Shown: positions 21,810-29,898 of the stretch, in pieces
Numbering within the stretch: position 1 is the first letter of the stretch
How the letters are laid out: every line of letters starts with the position of its first letter
Assembly (NCBI GenBank): GCA_050175015.1
Contig: JBFXJJ010000009.1
Span: 29,937-93,936, forward strand
Direction: 5' to 3'
Length of the DNA: 64,000 nt
Source of the DNA: Alphaproteobacteria bacterium
GTDB lineage: Bacteria; Pseudomonadota; Alphaproteobacteria; JBFXJJ01
Program-made: the position numbers and the translations under genes
The notes under the pieces: model-generated
What the model was told of the DNA's origin: nothing
What the model saw: the letters and a program-made list of their open reading frames with translations, nothing else
The model's database searches: none

Positions 21810-24782
21810 TTGGGCTTTGGGGAGCATAAAAGAGATAGATTTAACTTATTTTTAAAAGCAGGGACAAGTTTAACTGCCGCTGCTTTTATCTCTGGTGTGC
21901 CTTCAAAAGCAAAAGCTGTTCCGTTGTTTTTCGAAGATGATGCTATGGCGCCGTCATATTCTGATTGGGGCGATACAGGGCTTCTTCAAATGCCTAACGC
22001 TAGAATGATGTCTGATGGCGATTTTGGTGTTGGTACGAGTTATATCGATCCCTACACCAGATATTTTATCAATATTCAAGCTCTTCCTTGGCTTCAAGGC
22101 GTTTTTAGGTATACCTCGATTGATGGTGTTAGTTATAGTGCCAGCCACCCAGATCAAGACTACAAAGATAAAAGTTTAGATCTCAAAATAAGGCTTCTAA
22201 AAGAAAGAGAATATTTTCCAGAAACGTCAGTGGGATTAAGAGATATTGGCGGTACGGGGCTTTTCCAAAGTGAATATTTTGCATTTAGCAAAAGGTATCT
22301 TAACCTTGATGCAACCTTGGGGTTTGGCTTTGGCAATATGGGAACAAGGGAACAGATATCAAATCCGTTTAAAAGTCTACTTGGAGATAGCTTTGGAACC
22401 AGAACAAGATCAAGTGGCACAGGAACGTTAAGTAACAGCTTTTTTAAAGGTGATAAGATTGGCGTTTTTGGTGGTTTAGAATACCAAACTTTTTATAAGC
22501 CAATAAGGTTAAAGTTAGAGTATGACAGCAATGATTATGCATCGGAGCCGAAAAGCGGATTAAAATCAAATAGCTCGGTTAATTATGGCGTTCAATATAG
22601 TCCTACGGAGTGGCTCGATATTACGGGAGCATATGAACGTGGTGACCAATTTATGCTGCAAGCTAGCTTAAAGACAAACTTCAATAAAATTAAACCTATG
22701 CCAAAGTTCGATGAAAAACCTGCTCCGGTTTTAGCTGTTAGAAATTTAGGCAGAATAGCCTCTCGAGATGATGTCGAAACAAATTTAGATAAAAAACTGC
22801 CTGCTATTTCAAAAGATGACGGTTCATTTACTCAAAATACTAGAATAGAAGATGATTCTAAAAAAGCTAGAGAACCTTACTATGATAAAAAAGTTGATGA
22901 TTTCTTTAGTGTTGTAGAATCTAAAGGTTTAGAAATACAGAATGTTATTTTTGAAAATAAAGAAATAAAAATTTATGTTGCTCTTGCTGGAGAAAAGATT
23001 CCAACTTCTGGTGATATGGCGTACGCAGCAGACAAAATTCTGCTTTCTGAAATGGCTGACGGCTGCAATAAAGTTGTTTTTGTTGCTGTTAACAATAGTG
23101 GTGATGAAGCCGCCACGTCATATAGCAGGAGTGACATTAAAAGATCAACAGCTCTTACAGGAAGCCCTATCGCATTGGCTCCAGCCCTGCCAGCTAAATG
23201 GGCAGCTAATCTAATAAACAACAATACTTCTGACAATATTGAGGCAATATCTAATCAGGTTTTAGACAGCTTGGAAGGTCAAGGTATAACTTTTTCAGAT
23301 ATAGCGGTTGAGGGAAGCAAAATTGAAATTGAGGTTGTAGTTTATAATAATGTAAACACCTCAGCATACGATTTGACGGTTTCTCAAATAGATCAAAAAA
23401 TAAATTCAGGTGTGTCGGATATAACCTTTGTTGAAGTTACGCCTGAGGGGAAAAAGGTTAGAGAAATTAACCGCTCTTTGACACTTAAGCACAACTTTGT
23501 TGCTGTTAATAATTATAATATTAATGGTGATGACAATGTTTTGCAAACAGGAGCAGTGCCTCGCGTTGAAACCAAAAAGATAGCAGAGAAAATTTTTGCT
23601 GATTTAGAAAAAATAGATTTTGAAGGTATAAATTTCGAAATCAAAGGCAAAGAGGCAACTCTTTATTTTTCACAAAATGTTTTTAGAAATAAAGCGATTG
23701 CAATTGGCAGAGCTGCTAAGATAGTTGCTAATAACAGCCCTTATGATGTTGAACTTCTTTCCTTAGTCTTGGTTAAAAAGGGGCTGGCGACAACCAAGAC
23801 AACAATTTATCGCAAAGATTTAGAAAAAGCAGCACTTAACAATATAAGTCCTGAAGAAATGATTATTAATACGAGTTTTAAAGCGGTTGATTTTTCAGAT
23901 GTTCAAAATTCGGTATCAAATGATAAAGTTTATCCTAAAATAAAATATGCACTTGAGCCTAAACTGAGACAACATATCGGCGGTGGTGACAACTTCTATT
24001 TCTGGCAGGTTTTTGGAAATCTGGGAAGTGAAGTAGCTTTTGATAGAAATTGGTCTGTTGCAGGTAATCTTGGTATAAATATTTTTAATAACTTTGACGA
24101 TATGGAAACAAAGCCGTCTAATAGTGTTCTGCCTCACGTTAGAAGTGATGTATCTCGATATATTAAAGGTAATGACATTTGGATAGATAATTTAAGCACG
24201 AGTTATGTTACTAATTTAGCGCCGAATTGGTATGCGGGAGCTTCAGCTGGTATTTTTGAAATGATGTATGCGGGTGTTGGCGGCGAGATTTTATATTTTG
24301 ATGAATTAAGAGATTTTGGAATAGGACTTGATGTTAATAGAGTAAAGCAGAGAGATTATTCTGGTGTTTTTGAATTCTTGCCGTATCAAACTACGACAGG
24401 ACACCTAAGTCTTTATAATAAATGGCCAGTTTACAATATAGAAACAACGCTTAGTATTGGACGTTATTTAGCAAAAGACAATGGTGCAACGTTAAATGTT
24501 GCTAGAAATTTTGAAAGCGGAGTTAAGCTTGGAGTTTTTGCAACTAAAACTGATGTCTCGGCGCACGAATTTGGTGAAGGCTCTTTTGACAAAGGCGTTT
24601 ATGTTACAATTCCTCTTGACTTCTTTACGCCGAAATCAACGGCTAGTGTAAGTTCGTTCTCTTGGCGGCCATTATCACGTGATGGAGGTCAAATGTTAAG
24701 CAGACCAAAATCTTTATACGATATAGTATCTGATACCTCTAAAGATGATATTACCAAAGATTGGAATAAAGTAATGAAATAG
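21810..24782 (+). CDS. yjbH: YjbH/GfcD outer-membrane protein, enlarged
   Basis: GDTGLLQMPNARM, YKDKSLDLK, GRYLAKD.G, FGEGSFDKG, W.PLSRDGGQ. Confidence 0.9.
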   Translation: MGFGEHKRDRFNLFLKAGTSLTAAAFISGVPSKAKAVPLFFEDDAMAPSYSDWGDTGLLQMPNARMMSDGDFGVGTSYIDPYTRYFINIQALPWLQGVFRYTSIDGVSYSASHPDQDYKDKSLDLKIRLLKEREYFPETSVGLRDIGGTGLFQSEYFAFSKRYLNLDATLGFGFGNMGTREQISNPFKSLLGDSFGTRTRSSGTGTLSNSFFKGDKIGVFGGLEYQTFYKPIRLKLEYDSNDYASEPKSGLKSNSSVNYGVQYSPTEWLDITGAYERGDQFMLQASLKTNFNKIKPMPKFDEKPAPVLAVRNLGRIASRDDVETNLDKKLPAISKDDGSFTQNTRIEDDSKKAREPYYDKKVDDFFSVVESKGLEIQNVIFENKEIKIYVALAGEKIPTSGDMAYAADKILLSEMADGCNKVVFVAVNNSGDEAATSYSRSDIKRSTALTGSPIALAPALPAKWAANLINNNTSDNIEAISNQVLDSLEGQGITFSDIAVEGSKIEIEVVVYNNVNTSAYDLTVSQIDQKINSGVSDITFVEVTPEGKKVREINRSLTLKHNFVAVNNYNINGDDNVLQTGAVPRVETKKIAEKIFADLEKIDFEGINFEIKGKEATLYFSQNVFRNKAIAIGRAAKIVANNSPYDVELLSLVLVKKGLATTKTTIYRKDLEKAALNNISPEEMIINTSFKAVDFSDVQNSVSNDKVYPKIKYALEPKLRQHIGGGDNFYFWQVFGNLGSEVAFDRNWSVAGNLGINIFNNFDDMETKPSNSVLPHVRSDVSRYIKGNDIWIDNLSTSYVTNLAPNWYAGASAGIFEMMYAGVGGEILYFDELRDFGIGLDVNRVKQRDYSGVFEFLPYQTTTGHLSLYNKWPVYNIETTLSIGRYLAKDNGATLNVARNFESGVKLGVFATKTDVSAHEFGEGSFDKGVYVTIPLDFFTPKSTASVSSFSWRPLSRDGGQMLSRPKSLYDIVSDTSKDDITKDWNKVMK

Positions 24783-24875
24783 GGTAAAAAACCTATTTGA
24801 AAAAAAAAGTAAAAGATGATAAACCTAAAATCAGATTATTTTTTTGTTACAACCTAAAAATTGATAGGAATTTTT

Positions 24876-25274
24876 ATGCCTTTAAAAATAGAACTAAAAC
24901 CACATGAAAAGATTATAGTTGGCGAAGCTCTTATTACTAATGACAGCGAAAGAACTCGTCTTTACATTGAAGGAAATGCTCCTATTCTCAGAGAAAAATT
25001 TATTATGAGAGAAGCAGAAGCAAACACTCCTTGTAAAAAAGTTTATTATGTTGTTTTACAAATGTACCTTTCTAAAACGCCGATTAATCTCCATAATACT
25101 TATTTTAAACTTATTGGTGAAGTTCAGTCTGCGGCTCCAAGCTTAATGCCGATTATCCTTAAAATAAATGATTCTATTCAAAGTGGTGAATATTATAATG
25201 CTATTAAACACTCTGATGAATTGATTAGTAAAGAAAAAGAAATTTTTGAAAAAGTAGGAATAGTAAATCCCTAA
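24876..25274 (+). CDS. flbT: Flagellar biosynthesis regulator FlbT-like
   Basis: MPLKIELKPHEKIIVG...APILRE...ANTPCKKVYY..LQMYL. Confidence 0.82.
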   Translation: MPLKIELKPHEKIIVGEALITNDSERTRLYIEGNAPILREKFIMREAEANTPCKKVYYVVLQMYLSKTPINLHNTYFKLIGEVQSAAPSLMPIILKINDSIQSGEYYNAIKHSDELISKEKEIFEKVGIVNP

Positions 25275-26149
25275 TGTCCTCTAAGATAAAAAAAGTTATT
25301 TTTCCTGTTGCAGGTCTTGGCACAAGGTTTTTGCCAGCAACCAAAGCTATGCCTAAAGAAATGCTGCCAGTTGTTGATAAACCTCTTGTTCAATATGCGG
25401 TAGAAGAGGCAAGAGCTGCTGGTGTTGAACATTTTATCTTTGTTATAAGCAGAGGAAAATCAATTATAGAAGACCATTTTGACTATGCTTTTGAATTAGA
25501 AAACACTCTTAAAGGCAAAGGTCGGGTAGATATTCTTGATAATCTTAAAGGATGCAGCCCTATAGCAGGCTCTTTTGCTTATACTAGGCAAGATGAAGCT
25601 AAAGGTTTGGGGCACGCTGTTTGGTGTGCTCGTAAGATGATTGGAAATGAACCTTTTGCTGTCATTTTACCAGACGATTTATTTTTATCAAAAACACCAG
25701 TTTTGAAACAAATGGTTGATGTTTATGAGAAAAACGGCGGCAATTTGGTTGCGGTTGAAAATGTTCCAAGAGAACATACTTGTCGTTATGGTATTTTAGA
25801 CATTGAAAATGACGATGGTATTCTTGCTAAAGCCAAAGGGTTAGTAGAGAAACCATCTCCTGAAAATGCCCCATCAACACTTTCAATTATAGGGCGATAC
25901 ATTTTAGATGCTAGCGTTTTTGATGAGCTGGAAAAACAGCAAAAAGGCGCAGGTGGAGAAATTCAGCTAACAGATGCTATTGCAAAAACAATGAGTAAAG
26001 TACCTTTTTATGGCTATCGCTTTGAGGGAAAGAGATTTGATTGCGGAGATAAAGTAGGGTTTTTAATGGCTAATGTGGAATTTGCACTTCAAAGAAGTGA
26101 TTTAGGTCCTGAGTTTAAAAAAAGATTAAAAAAATCGCTAGATTTTTAA
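25274..26149 (+). CDS. galU: UTP--glucose-1-phosphate uridylyltransferase
   Basis: PVAGLGTRFLPATKAMPKEMLP, VEKP, GEIQLTDA. Confidence 0.97.
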   Translation: MSSKIKKVIFPVAGLGTRFLPATKAMPKEMLPVVDKPLVQYAVEEARAAGVEHFIFVISRGKSIIEDHFDYAFELENTLKGKGRVDILDNLKGCSPIAGSFAYTRQDEAKGLGHAVWCARKMIGNEPFAVILPDDLFLSKTPVLKQMVDVYEKNGGNLVAVENVPREHTCRYGILDIENDDGILAKAKGLVEKPSPENAPSTLSIIGRYILDASVFDELEKQQKGAGGEIQLTDAIAKTMSKVPFYGYRFEGKRFDCGDKVGFLMANVEFALQRSDLGPEFKKRLKKSLDF

Positions 26150-26155
26150 AAAGAT

Positions 26156-26186
26156 AAAAAAACACCTAATTTTAGGTGTTTTTTTG
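26156..26186 (+). terminator. Rho-independent terminator after galU
   Basis: AAAAAACACCTAA-TT-TTAGGTGTTTTTT. Confidence 0.8.
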
Positions 26187-26348
26187 TTTTGCTGTTATTA
26201 TTACAGTAAAGTCAAGGAAACTAGTATTTTACAGTTAATTTATAACTAAATAATATAGGTTTCATTTTTTTGCCAAAAAGCAAATCTTAAAGAATAATTT
26301 TCAAAAAACAGCTAAATATATTGCTTCTAAAAAACAAAGGGATAGAAA

Positions 26349-26870
26349 TTGGATTTAAGTAATATCAAATATAAAAATAAAAGCCCTCAGATTGCAGAGA
26401 ATGTTTTTATCGCTCCTAACGCCGTTGTTGCTGGCGATGTAACAATTAATGATAACGCTAATATTTGGTTTAATGTTGTTTTAAGGGGTGATGTTAATAA
26501 AATAACCGTCGGCAAAAATACTAACATTCAAGATGGTACCGTAGTTCACGTTGGTAGAAATGAAGGGGGTGAAACGGTCATTGGCGATAATATTACGATT
26601 GGACATTCGGCAGTAATCCACGCTTGTAAGTTAGAAGATGGTTGTTTTGTTGGTATGCAGGCTCTTGTTCTGGATAGAGCGGTTGTTAGAAAAAATGCGT
26701 TTGTTGCGGCAGGTTCTCTGGTTGTTGGCGGGACTATAATTCCTGAAGGGGAATTGTGGGCAGGGCGTCCAGCTAAATTTTTAAGGAAAGTAAGACCAGA
26801 AGAATTTGATTTTATGAAAGATAATATTGAGGTTTACTTGAATCTTGCTAAAGAATATCAAGGAATTTGA
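26349..26870 (+). CDS. Gamma-carbonic-anhydrase-family hexapeptide-repeat protein
   Basis: VLRGDVN, TNIQDG.VVH, TIGH.A.IH Zn-ligand pattern. Confidence 0.92.
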   Translation: MDLSNIKYKNKSPQIAENVFIAPNAVVAGDVTINDNANIWFNVVLRGDVNKITVGKNTNIQDGTVVHVGRNEGGETVIGDNITIGHSAVIHACKLEDGCFVGMQALVLDRAVVRKNAFVAAGSLVVGGTIIPEGELWAGRPAKFLRKVRPEEFDFMKDNIEVYLNLAKEYQGI

Positions 26871-26896
26871 GCAGCATATAGCTAAAAGGTTCTTGT

Positions 26897-26960
26897 TTTT
26901 GCCTTAAGGACAAGCATTAACAGGTAAGTTTTTACTTTTGTAAAAGTGAAAGCAAAACTT
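26897..26960 (-). repeat. Intergenic palindromic repeat, copy 2
   Basis: Reverse complement AAGTTTTGCTTTCACTTTTACAAAAGTAAAAACTTACCTGTTAATGCTTGTCCTTAAGGCAAAA. Confidence 0.75.
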
Positions 26961-27016
26961 CTATACAACAAAATGAAATATGCTCTAAGACAATGAAAAG
27001 TTTATTTTGCTAAATT

Positions 27017-27267
27017 TTAGAGCAATGTTCATTTAAATAGAAACACTTTATTAAAAAATTTGCTTACGCAAACTAAGATTTTTTTTGTAAAAAAATCCTT
27101 AGCAATCTCAAAAAACTATTTTTATTACTTTCAAATCTTTGTTTACAAAAAGGGTTAAGAATAATAAAAGTTTTGCCTTTGCTTTTATAAAAGCAAAAAC
27201 TGCCTGCTTAAGGCTTGCCGTAAGGCAAAATAAAAAGGTGCGTACAATTAAATGCACAATGCTCTAA
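27017..27267. mobile_element. MITE-like non-coding element with 20-bp terminal inverted repeats
   Basis: TTAGAGCAATGTTCATTTAA (27017-27036) vs TTAAATGCACAATGCTCTAA (27248-27267), 18/20 inverted match; no ORF; contains repeat copy 3. Confidence 0.55.
27166..27230 (+). repeat. Intergenic palindromic repeat, copy 3
   Basis: AAAAGTTTTGCCTTTGCTTTTATAAAAGCAAAAACTGCCTGCTTAAGGCTTGCCGTAAGGCAAAA; inverted relative to copy 2. Confidence 0.75.
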
Positions 27268-27271
27268 TGAT

Positions 27272-27305
27272 AAAAAAAGGGCAACTTATTAAAGTCGCCC
27301 TTTTA
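27272..27305. terminator. Bidirectional terminator
   Basis: AAAAGGGCAAC...GTCGCCCTTTT. Confidence 0.7.
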
Positions 27306-27361
27306 AATCGTTATACATAGGCGGAAAGTCCTATAAAACGCTATAAGTAGAGTTAATATTT

Positions 27362-29248
27362 TTAACGCTGCTTGTTATTTAAGGCTTTGGCCGCAACATT
27401 TTTTTCAACTTTAGCTGGAGCCTTGGCTGGTTGTTGCGTCTTTGTTTTATCCATACCTAATTCATCAGTAAGTTTTTCAAGTTCATCAACAAACCCAGAA
27501 ATAACTTTTAAGCCTTTGTCCCAAAAATCTGGTTTAGAAGCATCTAAGCCAAAAGGAGCAAGCATTTCTTTATGTTTTTCGGTGCCGCCCTTAGAAAGCA
27601 TTTCTAGGTATTTGCCTTGGAAGTCAGAAACTTTGCCATCTTCATAAGTTTTATAAAGAGAGTTAACAAGGCAGTCTCCGAAAGCATAAGCATATACGTA
27701 GAAAGGGGTATGAATCATATGAGGGATACGTCCCCAGCCTGTTTCAGACACTTCCGTTTGATTAACACTTGGGCCAGAGCTGTCTTTTTGATGTTTTGAC
27801 CAAATAGCATTTAAACGTTCAACTGAAAGCTCACCATTCTCGCGGCGTTCTTTATGCACATCGGTTTCGTAACTATGAAATGCTATTTGTGTTACGGCGG
27901 TGCCTAACATATCGCTGGTTTTTTCAGCTAACATCGAAAAACGTTTTTTAGGATCTTTTTCTTCTTTGAGCATTGATTTAAAGGTAAGCATTTCACCAAA
28001 AACTGAAGCCGTTTCAGCTAAAGTTAAAGGAGTATCTGCCATTAAATCGCCACGTTCTTTCGCAAGATATTGGTGAACACCGTGCCCTAATTCGTGAGCA
28101 AGCGTCATAACATCACCAGCTCTGCCTTGGAAGTTTAAAAGAATATAGGGGTGAGATTCTTGTACTCCGGGCATTGAATAAGCTCCAGATCTTTTTCCTT
28201 CTTTCGGTGCAACATCAATCCAGTTGTTATCAAAGAATTTTTTCCCAATCTCTGCCATTTCAGGCGAAAATTCACCAAAAGCCTTAAGAACGATTCTTTT
28301 AGCATCATCAAAAGAATACTTGGTTTCTGGAATATCTGGAATTGGAGCGTGCTTATCCCAAGATTCTAATTTTTCAAGTCCCAGCCATTTTGCTTTTAAG
28401 GCATAATAGCGGTGAGAGGTATTCGCATAATTGTTTTTAACTGAAGAAACAAGAGCATCAACAACTTCATTCTCAACATTATTGCCAAGATTTCTTGATT
28501 CATAAGGTTCTTTGAAACCGCGCCATTCATCATCAACTTTTTTATCAAGAGCAAGGGTGTTGGTAACAAAAGCAAAAAATTTAGCCTTTTCGTTAAGAAC
28601 TTTGCTTCTGGCCTTGGCTGCTTTTTCGCGCATTTCACGATCTGGGTTTTCAAAAAGTGCGCTGACTTCTGTTTCGGTATACTGCTTGCCGTCGATGTTA
28701 TAACGTAAATCGGAAAGGGTTTCATCATAAAGACGAATAATTGCAGAATGACCTGTCATAGCTTTTTGCTGTGACATTTTTTCTAAATCATCAGATAAGT
28801 CGTGTTTGCGGAAAGATCTAACATTATCAAGCCAAGGTTTGTAATGGGCAACATTAGGATTTGCCATTTTTTCTGCTAAATTTTCGTCAGAAAGACGATT
28901 GATTTCTAGGCTGTAAAAAAGGGTTTTGCTTCCAATATCGGTCGACTTTTCTTCGAATCCTTGATAAAAGCCCATAATCTTTTCATCATTAAGGCTGGTT
29001 GAGCGTAGCAAGTAGGCGTATGCTCCCATTTTGCCGAGAAGACCTGATATTTTTTCATATTCTTCAACCGATTTGGCAAAATCTTCACCAGAAAGATTTT
29101 TAAGATTGCCTTGATACCTTTTAGCAAATCTTTCGGAAAGAGTTGCGGCTTTGGCTAAATCATTTTTGAATTCTTGTGAATCTGGGCTTGGATAAAGGTC
29201 TGTTAAGTCCCAGTTTGGCATTGCTTGGCTGTTATCTTGTTCGCTCAT
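27362..29248 (-). CDS. pepF: Oligoendopeptidase F (M3B) with extra C-terminal tail
   Basis: WDLTDLY, GKRSGA, TLAHELGHG.H, LAETASVFGEM, PFYVYAYAFG. Confidence 0.92.
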   Translation of the reverse strand: MSEQDNSQAMPNWDLTDLYPSPDSQEFKNDLAKAATLSERFAKRYQGNLKNLSGEDFAKSVEEYEKISGLLGKMGAYAYLLRSTSLNDEKIMGFYQGFEEKSTDIGSKTLFYSLEINRLSDENLAEKMANPNVAHYKPWLDNVRSFRKHDLSDDLEKMSQQKAMTGHSAIIRLYDETLSDLRYNIDGKQYTETEVSALFENPDREMREKAAKARSKVLNEKAKFFAFVTNTLALDKKVDDEWRGFKEPYESRNLGNNVENEVVDALVSSVKNNYANTSHRYYALKAKWLGLEKLESWDKHAPIPDIPETKYSFDDAKRIVLKAFGEFSPEMAEIGKKFFDNNWIDVAPKEGKRSGAYSMPGVQESHPYILLNFQGRAGDVMTLAHELGHGVHQYLAKERGDLMADTPLTLAETASVFGEMLTFKSMLKEEKDPKKRFSMLAEKTSDMLGTAVTQIAFHSYETDVHKERRENGELSVERLNAIWSKHQKDSSGPSVNQTEVSETGWGRIPHMIHTPFYVYAYAFGDCLVNSLYKTYEDGKVSDFQGKYLEMLSKGGTEKHKEMLAPFGLDASKPDFWDKGLKVISGFVDELEKLTDELGMDKTKTQQPAKAPAKVEKNVAAKALNNKQR

Positions 29249-29436
29249 AAAAAACTCCCACTAGTTATTTTTTTGAATATAGCAAAATACGTTGAATAAT
29301 AATTCAAAGATAACCACTAAAACCAGCATAAAAAGGTTCAGTTTTTTTCTTAAAACTTCTATGCAAATATTTTTTAATAGCTACATCTATTAATATTAAT
29401 AACCGTTTTTGTCTTTTTTTGCAAACGTCTTTTGTC

Positions 29437-29476
29437 AAAAAAGTCCTGCTGTTGCAAAAATACCGCAGGACTTTTT
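29437..29476 (-). terminator. Terminator after trxA
   Basis: AAAAAGTCCTGC...GCAGGACTTTTT. Confidence 0.8.
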
Positions 29477-29505
29477 AATTTATTTAGCGATGATATAATG
29501 AAATA

Positions 29506-29823
29506 TTATTTAATTTCAGAATTAAGCCATTGTAAAATTTGAGTTTTAGGAAGAGCTCCTACTTTAGTAGAAACCTGTTGACCATCTTTAAAAAGAATCA
29601 TAGTTGGAATGCCTCTTATTCCATATTTGGTCGGAGTTTCTGGAGCGTGGTCAATGTTCATTTTGACAATCTTAACTTTGCCTTCTAATTCTTTTGAAAC
29701 TTCTTCTAAAACAGGGCCAAGTTGGCGGCAAGGGCCACACCATTCTGCCCAGAAGTCAACTAGGACATTGGTTTTTTCATTTAAAACTTCGGCCTCAAAG
29801 GTGGTATCATTAATTTCTTGCAT
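29506..29823 (-). CDS. trxA: Thioredoxin
   Basis: DFWAEWCGPC, GIPT. Confidence 0.97.
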   Translation of the reverse strand: MQEINDTTFEAEVLNEKTNVLVDFWAEWCGPCRQLGPVLEEVSKELEGKVKIVKMNIDHAPETPTKYGIRGIPTMILFKDGQQVSTKVGALPKTQILQWLNSEIK

Positions 29824-29898
29824 AGGGGTTTTTACCTTTCAAAAGTTATTTAGATATATCTAATGTAGTTAGTCGGTATAAAAAAATCAACCCATCTT

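Noticed and set aside
26870-27362. Possible CRISPR array
   Set aside because: The repeats are inverted and degenerate, with no regular spacers and no cas genes.
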